Assembly (NCBI GenBank): GCA_049700215.1 | Contig: JBNAVT010000005.1 | Location: 1 to 64,000, forward strand | Source: Thermoproteota archaeon | GTDB lineage: Archaea > Thermoproteota > EX4484-205 > JAAOZP01 | Direction: 5' to 3' | DNA: 64,000 bases | Shown: one piece after another, positions 48,679 to 57,724 of the stretch | How the letters are laid out: every line of letters starts with the position of its first letter | How positions within the stretch are numbered: position 1 is the stretch's first letter | Program-made: the position numbers and the translations under genes | The notes under the pieces: generated by a model | The model's database searches: none | What the model was told of the DNA's origin: nothing | What the model saw: the letters and a program-made list of their open reading frames with translations, nothing else

Positions 48679-49433
48679 TCTAAGCCTAGGAGGCTGCACG
48701 CATTCCCCCATAGTATTTTCTCAACAGTTTCCTCCGGCTTCTTAATAAGCTTGGTTTTTAAGATGGCACTTTGCAAGTATTTCAATGGAAACCCGGATCC
48801 GAAAACCACCCTGGAATCACCAACCTGTTCAATCAACCTGTCAATCTCACCGAAAGCAGCATCCATCCTGGATATTTCGAAATACACGTTGGAATAATTG
48901 GTTAACGGGGAGTCGACGATCCCCCTTGCTTCTAGAACCACTATCTTCGCTTCCGGAGATTTCTCCACAAGCTGTTTCAACTCGTCTAGACTGATATCTC
49001 TCGCCGAATCCATCCAGTGCCGTCCCCTACCGTCTCTAAGCCTAACCGGTATTGAGATGACAAGATTCTTCTCGGAGGCTTTTTTAACAAGCCTTAAACA
49101 ATCTTCATCCGTTAACGAATAGTTATGGTACTGCGGGTATAGCCTCAACCCTCTGAAACCGTGGCTGATGCATTCCTCTAAGTCACTCTCCCAACTCGGG
49201 TATTTTGGGTTGAGAACAGCGAGCGGAACAAATCTTTCACCGTATTGTTCAACTTCCTCTAAGAGTTCACAATTCCCGTCGTGTGAATCCATGTAGAGCA
49301 CAGAGTTGAGAGACGAGACTACTGCAATGTTTATCCTGTTCTTATCCATCCACCTTAGGGCTTCAAACGCTGTTCTAGCGCAAGGCCTTCTGAATGGCCA
49401 CTGTCCTAGGTACATGTTGAAATCTATAATCAT
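48630..49433 (-). CDS. Amidohydrolase_2 family protein with degenerate metal ligands
   Basis: IIDFN(M)YLGQWPFR replaces DxHxH. RLYPQYH and VVFGSGFP motifs. Confidence 0.8.
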   Translation of the reverse strand: MIIDFNMYLGQWPFRRPCARTAFEALRWMDKNRINIAVVSSLNSVLYMDSHDGNCELLEEVEQYGERFVPLAVLNPKYPSWESDLEECISHGFRGLRLYPQYHNYSLTDEDCLRLVKKASEKNLVISIPVRLRDGRGRHWMDSARDISLDELKQLVEKSPEAKIVVLEARGIVDSPLTNYSNVYFEISRMDAAFGEIDRLIEQVGDSRVVFGSGFPLKYLQSAILKTKLIKKPEETVEKILWGNACSLLGLDQREPRLGSIENMFFP

Positions 49434-50200
49434 CTGAACCTTGCCTCCAGGATCCGCCGCATGTTTTCCCCAAATATGAGGCTCCTGTCATGCTCACTTA
49501 TTTCGGCGTCCATTATTTTACCGACTCCTTCCTCCATGCTTAAATCAGTGCCGAACAATAGTCTTTCTGCACCCAGGAGTTTAACTGCTTTCTCTATCAT
49601 TCCACAATCTATTACACTGCCGCTCGTGTCAACGTAAACGCTACGAGTGTTTCTCAAAATCTTCAAAGCCCACTCCCAGTCTCCTCCCCCACCAAGATGA
49701 GCCTCTATTATCATTGCTTCCGGAAATAGAGAGGCCAAGTATGAGATGTCGCGGGCATTGGAAATATTCGGCTGCCTAGCGGCTTCAGTAGGATCTGTAA
49801 GGTACCCTGCATGCTGTAGGATTGGAACCTTAAGCTCTACAGCCTTCTTAACAACCGGGAAAACAACCGGATCGGAACATTTATACTGGTTGTATAGTTT
49901 TACACCGATCAACCCGTCTTCAAGAACCCTCTTCTCAACCTCTTCAACGGATTCGTGTTGATAACCGGGGTTAACGAAACAGTAGCCGAGAATCTTATCA
50001 GGATATTCCTTTATCGCCTTAACCACCTCGTCATTACAGGTTTTAAACTCGCTGGGTGTAGGCATGCCTTCAACAAAGGGTATTGAGCAGCACAGTTTAT
50101 CAATACCCAGTTTATCAGCAGCCTCTACGAGATTTTTCAACGTTACTCCCCATTTAAAGAACCTGCCGCTAATGTGGGAATGACAATCTATCTTCAACAT
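49430..50200 (-). CDS. Amidohydrolase_2 family protein
   Basis: IDCHSH, LQHAG, EAHLGGG and LLFGTD motifs. ATGA overlap with the downstream paralogue. Confidence 0.9.
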   Translation of the reverse strand: MLKIDCHSHISGRFFKWGVTLKNLVEAADKLGIDKLCCSIPFVEGMPTPSEFKTCNDEVVKAIKEYPDKILGYCFVNPGYQHESVEEVEKRVLEDGLIGVKLYNQYKCSDPVVFPVVKKAVELKVPILQHAGYLTDPTEAARQPNISNARDISYLASLFPEAMIIEAHLGGGGDWEWALKILRNTRSVYVDTSGSVIDCGMIEKAVKLLGAERLLFGTDLSMEEGVGKIMDAEISEHDRSLIFGENMRRILEARFR

Positions 50201-50297
50201 TTAGCCCGCTTACTCTCTGCTTAATGGGTTTAAAAAAATTTAGCGTGTTTTCGCCAGCCGGGAAAAACATTTATGCTCGACAACTGTTTGAAGAAGC

Positions 50298-52487
50298 ATG
50301 GTTTCCTCAAATGAGGAAAAGGAGGATCATGATCTAATTCTAAGCAACAGTAAGGTTAAGGTGGTGTTCAACCCTGAAAGCGGGGGGATAAGACAGATCT
50401 TGAACAAAACGGTTTCAACTACATATCTGAAACATTCCACCGACCAGCTGGTTTACATTTGGCTCCTCCAGAGGGGAAAGAAATCCCCAGTCTACGCGAA
50501 TGACGACGAGCCGTTTAGAGTTGTTTCATCGGGACCTGAGACCCTGAGGGGAATCCGTTTAAGCAAGGATGGTTCATGTTCTTTCGTAGAGGTTCTCCAT
50601 AGGATTGAGTCAGTGGATGTTAAATGCAGGTTTATGCTTGAAGGCGAAAGTCAGCTTCTGAGCTGTGATGTTGAAGTGGACAATACTCTCAATCCAGACT
50701 GCTCAGAGGATGTTGTTGGAGTAGGCTTTCCACAGTTGAAAGGAATATGCATAGGTGATACTAGTGAAGACGATATACTGGTTAGGCCAAATCGTTTCGG
50801 AGAGAAAATCAAGAATCCTGTCGGGAAATGTGGGACCTACCATAGAACGTTGCTTTACGGCGGCTTTGCTTCAATGATGTGGATGGATATTTACGATGAG
50901 AAAGCGGGTCTCTATATTGCTAGTTATGATAAGGAGCTGATACTTACTGCTTTAGAGTCAATACCTGACTGCTTCAGGGGAGCGATGAACCTCGGCATGA
51001 GGAAGTACGCATACGTTCCTGCTGGAAGCTCTTGGAGGTCAAGCCCGTTTGTAATCGGGGTGCATGAAGGAGATTGGCACTGGGCTGCTGACAGATATAG
51101 GGAATGGGCTGAGTCTTGGATGGTGAAGCCCAATATTCCTGAAAAGCTGAAATGGAGCGACGGATGGTATGGTGTGCATTTTAAGGTTGGGGGAGAGATA
51201 AAGTTCAGATTCAAGGATATTGAAGACCTTTTCGAGGATGCTCAGTATCTTGGTCTAAACCATGTTCAGCTATGGGGCCAGATGGTTGGAGACGGATGTT
51301 GCTACAGGTTCTACTATCCTGATCCGAGGCTGGGGACTATTGAAGAGCTTAAGAAAGCAATATCCTCAGTTAAAAGTAAAGGCGGTAGAGTAGGCTTCTA
51401 CTTCAACATTCAAGCATTCTCGCCGTTTGTAAAAGAATACCTTTCTGCGAGAGGCATCAGGATTCCCGAATCCGAGAAGATCCCGGACTGGATGGGCGAG
51501 TTCAGGAATTACGCTCAAACTAACTTCGACGGGTCGGCGACCGTGCAGTACCCTGGAAGAGAGTTTGAAAACGATGGTTTCAGGATAATGTGCACGTATT
51601 CTGAGGGATGGCAGAAATACTTGGTTCACTGGGTTGTGGAAAAATACTTGAAAGGATATGGTGCAGACTTCGCCTATATAGATCAAACTTTTTCCCCGCC
51701 GGTTTCCTACTGTTTCAACTTTACGCATGGTCATAAGCATCATGGTTGTTCAGCCCAAGGAAGAGTTAAAACGATACGGAGGCTCTTAGAGGAGGGTCGG
51801 AAGCTTAACCAAGAATTCGCCCTGTGCATCGAGGGAAACGGGGATTCCGTGGGACAATATTGCAGCCTCCATCTGTATACTAGTTTCTCAAGCCAGACTA
51901 TGCATCCTGCTCCGGAAGTTTTTGCATACACTTTCCCAGACTATATTATAATCGACGGCTTCGCTAACCCTCCTGTCGAATGGATAGGCAGATGCTACTA
52001 CCCGGATATGGATAGTGAAGCAGGCTTGGAAGACCTTGTTAACAGGGTCTACCTGCTCGGGTTCAGGTTTGACGTTACACCGCTTCCACTAGGGTCGAGG
52101 ATTAAGAAGGATGAACCATTAACTGAGCACATAAGAAGACTGATAGCTCTCAGAAAGAGGGTGAAACAACTACAGTATGATTCAAGATTCATGGATGACC
52201 TAGGCTTGAAGTGCGACTCTGAGAAAGTTGTTGCAAAAGCTTTTAAGGGTTTAAACGGGAGAAAGGTTTTGATCAACCTGATCGACTACAGGTCTGAGAA
52301 AAGCAGGTTTCTGATCGAGGTTGATGCTGTTCCCTATGATCTTGCGGGCGAGGTGGCATGTAGACTCTACGGGGTTGATGGTCAGGAGGCTGGGCTCAAG
52401 GCTAAGTGGAATCGTGGGAAGCTGCTAGTTGAAATCCCGCCTTTCAGGGGTAAGGTTGCAAGCATTATTATTGAAAGCCTTCAATAA
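50298..52487 (+). CDS. DUF6259-like putative glycoside hydrolase
   Basis: 729 aa with SMMWMDIY, HEGDWHWAADRYREWA, PRLGT and FAYIDQ. Confidence 0.7.
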   Translation: MVSSNEEKEDHDLILSNSKVKVVFNPESGGIRQILNKTVSTTYLKHSTDQLVYIWLLQRGKKSPVYANDDEPFRVVSSGPETLRGIRLSKDGSCSFVEVLHRIESVDVKCRFMLEGESQLLSCDVEVDNTLNPDCSEDVVGVGFPQLKGICIGDTSEDDILVRPNRFGEKIKNPVGKCGTYHRTLLYGGFASMMWMDIYDEKAGLYIASYDKELILTALESIPDCFRGAMNLGMRKYAYVPAGSSWRSSPFVIGVHEGDWHWAADRYREWAESWMVKPNIPEKLKWSDGWYGVHFKVGGEIKFRFKDIEDLFEDAQYLGLNHVQLWGQMVGDGCCYRFYYPDPRLGTIEELKKAISSVKSKGGRVGFYFNIQAFSPFVKEYLSARGIRIPESEKIPDWMGEFRNYAQTNFDGSATVQYPGREFENDGFRIMCTYSEGWQKYLVHWVVEKYLKGYGADFAYIDQTFSPPVSYCFNFTHGHKHHGCSAQGRVKTIRRLLEEGRKLNQEFALCIEGNGDSVGQYCSLHLYTSFSSQTMHPAPEVFAYTFPDYIIIDGFANPPVEWIGRCYYPDMDSEAGLEDLVNRVYLLGFRFDVTPLPLGSRIKKDEPLTEHIRRLIALRKRVKQLQYDSRFMDDLGLKCDSEKVVAKAFKGLNGRKVLINLIDYRSEKSRFLIEVDAVPYDLAGEVACRLYGVDGQEAGLKAKWNRGKLLVEIPPFRGKVASIIIESLQ

Positions 52488-52511
52488 TCATCAAGCAGAT
52501 TAGTATTTTGC

Positions 52512-53849
52512 TTAAACATGTTCGCTTACCCTCTGTATGCCAAGATGGTTTGCAACATTTCTTATAGCATCATCCATGTTAATGTACTTGAACTCGGCGA
52601 ATCTTCCAATCGGCTCAACACCAATCCTGCTGAAGAATCCTATTATTCTCTCCGCACACTCCTCGTAGTGTGAATCCAGAATGGGGTATGCATACCTGTT
52701 TTTGAAGACATTTCTATAGATAACCTTGTCCTTAGAAAGTATTTTAAGCCTATCCAGTTCCTCAACCACCATGTTTGCAATCTCCTCGCTGCTCATCCTT
52801 AGGAGAGGGTCGTCAGGCTTAACAGTTATCTCTGCGAGTATGGATGACTTGCCTCTAGGAGCGTTTTCCGGACTGAAGTTAGAGGGGAAGCTTACCCTAT
52901 GCGGGTGAATATCCCTATCCGGAATATACAGCCAGCTTAAACCTTTGACGTTAAGCTCCTCCAGCCCTATTGCAACCGTGACCAGAGAGTTAAACCTAAG
53001 CTTCTCAACGTCATTCTTCACATCTTGGGATGCGTCAAATACTCTGACAGCATCATGCAAAGGCATTGTTGAGACAATCCTGTCAAAGACTTTCTCCACA
53101 GAACCGTTTGAAACAACCCATTCGCCGGATTCTTTTCTAGCATGCTTGACTTCGAAGCCTGTTAACACTTCGCCCAGCATCTTAGCCCATAAAGAGTTTA
53201 CGAGCGCCTGAATCCCTCCCTTCCTAGGGTAGTGGAAGAAAAGCTGGTGGACATATCCTTCAGAGCCTATTCCTAGAGAAGCCTTAACAACGTCAATCAC
53301 TCTCGGATTGGGAATCCTGCCGACGAAACCAAGAGACATGTCTTCAATACTCATCTTCCAAATCTTCTCATTATAGGGGATCAAGTATTTCTCTGAAATA
53401 GCGCTTCCAAGAGAACTATAGAAGAACTCTCTGAGGTTCCTTGGCTCACGCTTTCTCCCTATTCTAGCGTAGAGGAAATGGAGCAGACATGAAAAGTTCT
53501 CCAGCAACGGCAGGCTGGACAAGCCGTTTTCAAAAGGGTATTTCACAAGCCTACCTTTATAAAGGATCGCGGTATTCCTCCTGTTCCCAACACTATTATT
53601 CTCTAAAAGGCTGAGCATGAAGCTCAGGACATCAGCATCCTTAGAGAAAATCACATGGGAACCGCCAACGTCGAAAGTGAACCCTTCTTCAACAATACTC
53701 CTCATCAAACCCCCGGGAACATGGTCTTTTTCAAGAACCGTTACGTTGAAACCCATCCTGGAGGAAAAATAAGCATAAGCCATCCCGGAGAGTCCGCCGC
53801 CTAGAACACCAATTCTCGCGCCTCCATGTTTCACAGTCCTAAAGATCAT
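52512..53849 (-). CDS. FAD-dependent oxidoreductase, protoporphyrinogen oxidase/UDP-galactopyranose mutase-like
   Basis: GGGLSG, GFTFDVGGSH, PYNEKIW, YAYP and GRFAEFKYINMD motifs. The real start is near 53858/53849/53834 rather than 53945. Confidence 0.85.
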   Translation of the reverse strand: MIFRTVKHGGARIGVLGGGLSGMAYAYFSSRMGFNVTVLEKDHVPGGLMRSIVEEGFTFDVGGSHVIFSKDADVLSFMLSLLENNSVGNRRNTAILYKGRLVKYPFENGLSSLPLLENFSCLLHFLYARIGRKREPRNLREFFYSSLGSAISEKYLIPYNEKIWKMSIEDMSLGFVGRIPNPRVIDVVKASLGIGSEGYVHQLFFHYPRKGGIQALVNSLWAKMLGEVLTGFEVKHARKESGEWVVSNGSVEKVFDRIVSTMPLHDAVRVFDASQDVKNDVEKLRFNSLVTVAIGLEELNVKGLSWLYIPDRDIHPHRVSFPSNFSPENAPRGKSSILAEITVKPDDPLLRMSSEEIANMVVEELDRLKILSKDKVIYRNVFKNRYAYPILDSHYEECAERIIGFFSRIGVEPIGRFAEFKYINMDDAIRNVANHLGIQRVSEHV

Positions 53850-53871
53850 CTCCTCCATTCCACAATGCTTG

Positions 53872-54204
53872 TTAAACGTAGTAGCCTGAGTGAAGCTCCC
53901 TACGCTGGCTCGGCTGAGGCGGGTACTGATCCTTGATCTCTCCAATCATCTTCTCAAGCTCCGCTACGTGTTGGTTCAACCATTTAGTAAGCTGCTTTAA
54001 TGCGACTGGCGTAAGGATTACTTCAACCTTGATCTCCCTACTGACGGTGGGAGGCTGGGTCGGCTCCTCAGGATGATTCACAACATCGTTGAAGAAGGCG
54101 ATTCTGAAATCAAATCCGTTGAAGCCTCCTATCGCGCCCGTAGCATATATTCTTACAAAGTCCTCGGCATACTTGATCTTAACCGGTATTCTTATTTCGG
54201 CCAT
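53872..54204 (-). CDS. DUF3467-like hypothetical protein
   Basis: IYATGAIGG...DFRIAF...EVILTPVALKQL motif. Confidence 0.75.
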   Translation of the reverse strand: MAEIRIPVKIKYAEDFVRIYATGAIGGFNGFDFRIAFFNDVVNHPEEPTQPPTVSREIKVEVILTPVALKQLTKWLNQHVAELEKMIGEIKDQYPPQPSQRRELHSGYYV

Positions 54205-54348
54205 ACTAACCGTTTTCCCATTCCGAGCCGCTCTTAATAAGAATTTGCTAAAAAGTTTTCCCCAAATTCCTGATGTTTATCGCGTAGAATGGACAGGGCT
54301 TCCATAATGCTTAAATTAGAGAACTCTGAATACTAAAAACGATGTAAA

Positions 54349-55500
54349 ATGAGTGCACCTCGCAAAATAGGGGTTGCATTACTGGGTTATGCGTTTATGG
54401 GTAAGGCGCATTCTCATGGTTTCAAAAGCATGCCTCACTTCTTCTATCCTCCGCCAGCAATACCCGAGCTGGTCGTGATATACGGTAGGACTGGGGAAAA
54501 GGTTAGGGAGGCTGCGGCGAACTATGGGTTTAAGAAATACGTTACTGACTGGAGGAAGGCTGTTGAAGACCCTGAAGTAGAGGTGGTTGACAACTGTCTT
54601 CCGAACAACATGCATGTGGAGCCAACGGTTGAGGCTATCGAGAAGGGTAAGCACGTTTTGTGTGAAAAGCCTCTCGCGAGGAATAGTGAGGAGGCGAGGA
54701 TTCTAAGGGATGCTGCTAACAAGGCTAGGGTTAAAACAATGGTTGCTTTCAACTATAGGTTTGTCCCGGCGGTTCAGCTTGCTAGGCACATAGTTAAATC
54801 AGGCATGCTTGGGAGAATATATCACTTCAGGGCGAGGTATCTGCAGGACTGGATTGTTGACCCAAACTTCCCGTTGGCTTGGAGGCTTAGGAGTGAAGTA
54901 GCCGGGAGCGGTCCCCTAGGCGACCTTGGGAGCCACATAATAGACCTTGGAAGGTTTATTGTTGGAGAATTTAAGTCAGTAATAGGCATTGTTAAGACGT
55001 TCATCGAAGAGAGGCCGCTTCCCGAGGACCCGAGTAGGAAGGGCAGGGTAACGGTTGACGATGCCTTCGAGGCTGTTATAGAGCTTGATAATGGGGCAAT
55101 AGGCACGCTTGAGGCATCTAGGTTTGCAACTGGCAGGAAGAACTATAACAACTTCGAGATTAATGGGGAGAAGGGTTCCATAGAGTTCAACCTGGAGCGG
55201 CTGAACGAGTTGAAACTATACCTGAAAGAATGGGAGGATAAGGCGATAGGCGGCTGGAACACTATTCTGGTTACTGAGAAGACTCAGCCCTACATAGAAA
55301 GATACTGGCCATCAGGCCATATCATAGGATGGGAGCACACCTTCGTAAACGAAATATACCACTTCATCAAGTCGGTGGTTAAAGATGAAGATATTGCTCC
55401 TCTTGGAGCGACTTTCGAAGACGGTTATAGGAACAACGTGATCATGGACGCCATATTGAAGTCGGCTGAAGCAGGTAGAAAGATAGAAGTCTCGTTCTAA
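54349..55500 (+). CDS. Gfo/Idh/MocA oxidoreductase, levoglucosan/inositol dehydrogenase-like
   Basis: GYAFMGKAHS, CEKP, YLQDW, GSGPLGDLGSHIID and GHIIGWEHTF motifs. Confidence 0.92.
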   Translation: MSAPRKIGVALLGYAFMGKAHSHGFKSMPHFFYPPPAIPELVVIYGRTGEKVREAAANYGFKKYVTDWRKAVEDPEVEVVDNCLPNNMHVEPTVEAIEKGKHVLCEKPLARNSEEARILRDAANKARVKTMVAFNYRFVPAVQLARHIVKSGMLGRIYHFRARYLQDWIVDPNFPLAWRLRSEVAGSGPLGDLGSHIIDLGRFIVGEFKSVIGIVKTFIEERPLPEDPSRKGRVTVDDAFEAVIELDNGAIGTLEASRFATGRKNYNNFEINGEKGSIEFNLERLNELKLYLKEWEDKAIGGWNTILVTEKTQPYIERYWPSGHIIGWEHTFVNEIYHFIKSVVKDEDIAPLGATFEDGYRNNVIMDAILKSAEAGRKIEVSF

Positions 55501-55676
55501 TACGAGTTATTTTTCCTGGCTTTCTCCATTCTATTATTTCCCTTTTGAATCAATCATCATGCTTGGAAACACTCTGTTCGAAAAACTGTACAGCATGCTC
55601 TTTCTTTAAGACATCTGTTCTAAAAAGTCGAACAACACGATGTTTAACTAATATCACCAGGAGTTTTCTGTCAGCA

Positions 55677-56939
55677 ATGGACAGAGGAAGATTATGGATA
55701 ATTGGAGTAGCGCTCCTCGTTATTACTATGGTGCCACTCGCGGCGATGTTCTTTCCCTACCCGTATTCTCCAACTCAATCTCCCCAGGCAAACGAGGCTG
55801 GCTCAACGCCGCAGGGGATTCTGGAGGTCGTGAGGGCTAATAATCAATTCGCCTTCAAGCTTTATTCCGAGTTAGTTAAAACCGAAATAGGTAATGTTTT
55901 CTACTCTCCTTACAGCATCTTCTCTGCTCTGGCAATGACGTATGAGGGTGCTAGGGGAAAAACCGCGGATGAGATGGAAAACGTGTTCAACTTCCCAGAA
56001 AGCAGTGTGTTGAGGCCGAACTTTGCAGCGTTCTATAACCGTATTAATAGCGCTGTTGGAGAATATGAGTTGAGGACTGGAAACGCACTCTGGATTCAGA
56101 AGGACTACCCTTTTCTCGAGGAATATTTGAAGACTGTTGAAAAATACTACGGTGGGAGGGCTGCAGCCTTAGACTTTATTCATGGGGCTGAGAAGTCGCG
56201 TGAAACAATCAACGCCTTCATAGAGGAACAGACGAATCATAGGATTAAAGACTTGATCCCGCCTGGGGTTCTTGACAAGCTTACGCGGCTTGTTCTGACC
56301 AATGCTATCTACTTCAAAGGCGACTGGAAGATAGCGTTCAACGAATCCCTAACCGTGGAAGAGGATTTCTGGATAACTCCTGACATAAGCGTAAAGGTTC
56401 AAATGATGCATATGCGTCCAAATGAAACAGTAAGGTTCAACTACGCTGAGACGGGGGATTTGCGAATCCTAGAGCTGCCGTACAAGGGTGGGAATGTCTC
56501 GATGCTGATAATACTGCCGGAAAACATTGAGGCGGCAGAGGCATCGTTAACGGTGGAGAAGCTTGAAGAATATAAGGCTCGAATGAAGGAGGAGAGGCTG
56601 GACGAGATCTGCCTGCCGAAATTCGAGGTTGAAACCAAATACTTTATGCGGGAGACTTTAAGCAACCTGGGAATGCCCACCGCGTTCACCAGGGAGGCGG
56701 ATTTCTCAGGGATGACTGGCGGAAGAGACTTGTTTATCAGCCAGGTTATTCACCAAGCTTACGTTAAAGTTGATGAGAAGGGGGCTGAGGCTGCAGCCGC
56801 AACCGCTGTAGTCATGAAGCTAACCGCTGTACCGGAGGCTAAAGTCTTTAGGGCAGACCGCCCGTTCATCTTCATAATTCAGGATAAGGAAACAGGAGCC
56901 GTTCTCTTCATGGGAAGGATCAGCAATCCCACAGTGTGA
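55677..56939 (+). CDS. Secreted or membrane-anchored serpin
   Basis: The likely start is ATG 55677 with an N-terminal TM helix. NVFYSPYSI, NAIYFKGDW, hinge EKGAEAAAAT and FRADRPF. Confidence 0.95.
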   Translation: MDRGRLWIIGVALLVITMVPLAAMFFPYPYSPTQSPQANEAGSTPQGILEVVRANNQFAFKLYSELVKTEIGNVFYSPYSIFSALAMTYEGARGKTADEMENVFNFPESSVLRPNFAAFYNRINSAVGEYELRTGNALWIQKDYPFLEEYLKTVEKYYGGRAAALDFIHGAEKSRETINAFIEEQTNHRIKDLIPPGVLDKLTRLVLTNAIYFKGDWKIAFNESLTVEEDFWITPDISVKVQMMHMRPNETVRFNYAETGDLRILELPYKGGNVSMLIILPENIEAAEASLTVEKLEEYKARMKEERLDEICLPKFEVETKYFMRETLSNLGMPTAFTREADFSGMTGGRDLFISQVIHQAYVKVDEKGAEAAAATAVVMKLTAVPEAKVFRADRPFIFIIQDKETGAVLFMGRISNPTV

Positions 56940-57092
56940 AACCTAGGAAACCCGCTTTTTAAACTGTTCTAAATCTAGTGTGCCGAGCTGCACTGGCCAA
57001 AGTAGAGTGCCGTTTGGACTTGATTCTTCTCTAACTCTCTCGCCTTAATAGAGATTAAAGCTTTTCAACAGCCTCAAGCATATAGAGGGGGT

Positions 57093-57599
57093 TTGGGAAG
57101 ACGAGGGAAGCATCTTTTAATACTGCTGGCGTCCGCTCCGGTTTTACTCTGGTTTCTAGCATCCTTTCTCAATAATGCTGGTTCAAGGGTTACTAAAGAG
57201 TTTCAAAAGATGGGTACTGCAAAAATCAGGATTGTTAACGATGAGAACCAGGTTCTGGAGCTTGAGGTTAAGGTTGCGGATGAGCCTGACGAGCGTGCAG
57301 CAGGCTTCCAGAACATCAGCAGAAGTATCTTGGAGCAGACTCTGATACTTTTCGTTTTCCCCTATGAGGTTAAAGGATTGTTCCATATGCGTAATGTTGA
57401 GGCAAGCCTAGACATAGCTTTCATCAAGGCGGATGGAACAATAGTGGGGGTCGTGCGCATGGATCCAAGCCCGACAAAGCTATATGGTGTGGATGAAAGC
57501 TTCAAATATGCTGTTGAAGCTCGTGCAGGGTTCTTTGAGGAGAAAGGAATAACACCCTGGAAATCCCGGCTGATCGTTGAATCAGTCCCAACAGGCTGA
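57093..57599 (+). CDS. DUF192 family protein with an N-terminal anchor
   Basis: VAD..ERAAG, FHMRNV..SLDIAFI and YAVEARAG motifs. Confidence 0.85.
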   Translation: MGRRGKHLLILLASAPVLLWFLASFLNNAGSRVTKEFQKMGTAKIRIVNDENQVLELEVKVADEPDERAAGFQNISRSILEQTLILFVFPYEVKGLFHMRNVEASLDIAFIKADGTIVGVVRMDPSPTKLYGVDESFKYAVEARAGFFEEKGITPWKSRLIVESVPTG

Positions 57600-57724
57600 T
57601 CTGAAGAAAACCAGATATCTAATCAGAGGGAGTCAAACTAGCGTTATATGCTGTTTGGTTACTTCGTTTATAAACATTTTTCCAAGTCAATCCGGGCTGG
57701 ATGTGATGTCTTTAAGCAATTTTA

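Noticed and set aside
53850-53945. N-terminal extension of the FAD oxidoreductase overlapping the DUF3467-like gene
   Set aside because: The Rossmann motif begins downstream, so the extension is an artefact of longest-ORF calling.
55545-55676. Cys-rich N-terminal extension of the serpin ORF
   Set aside because: It overlaps the terminator and promoter region. The signal/anchor sequence begins at ATG 55677.
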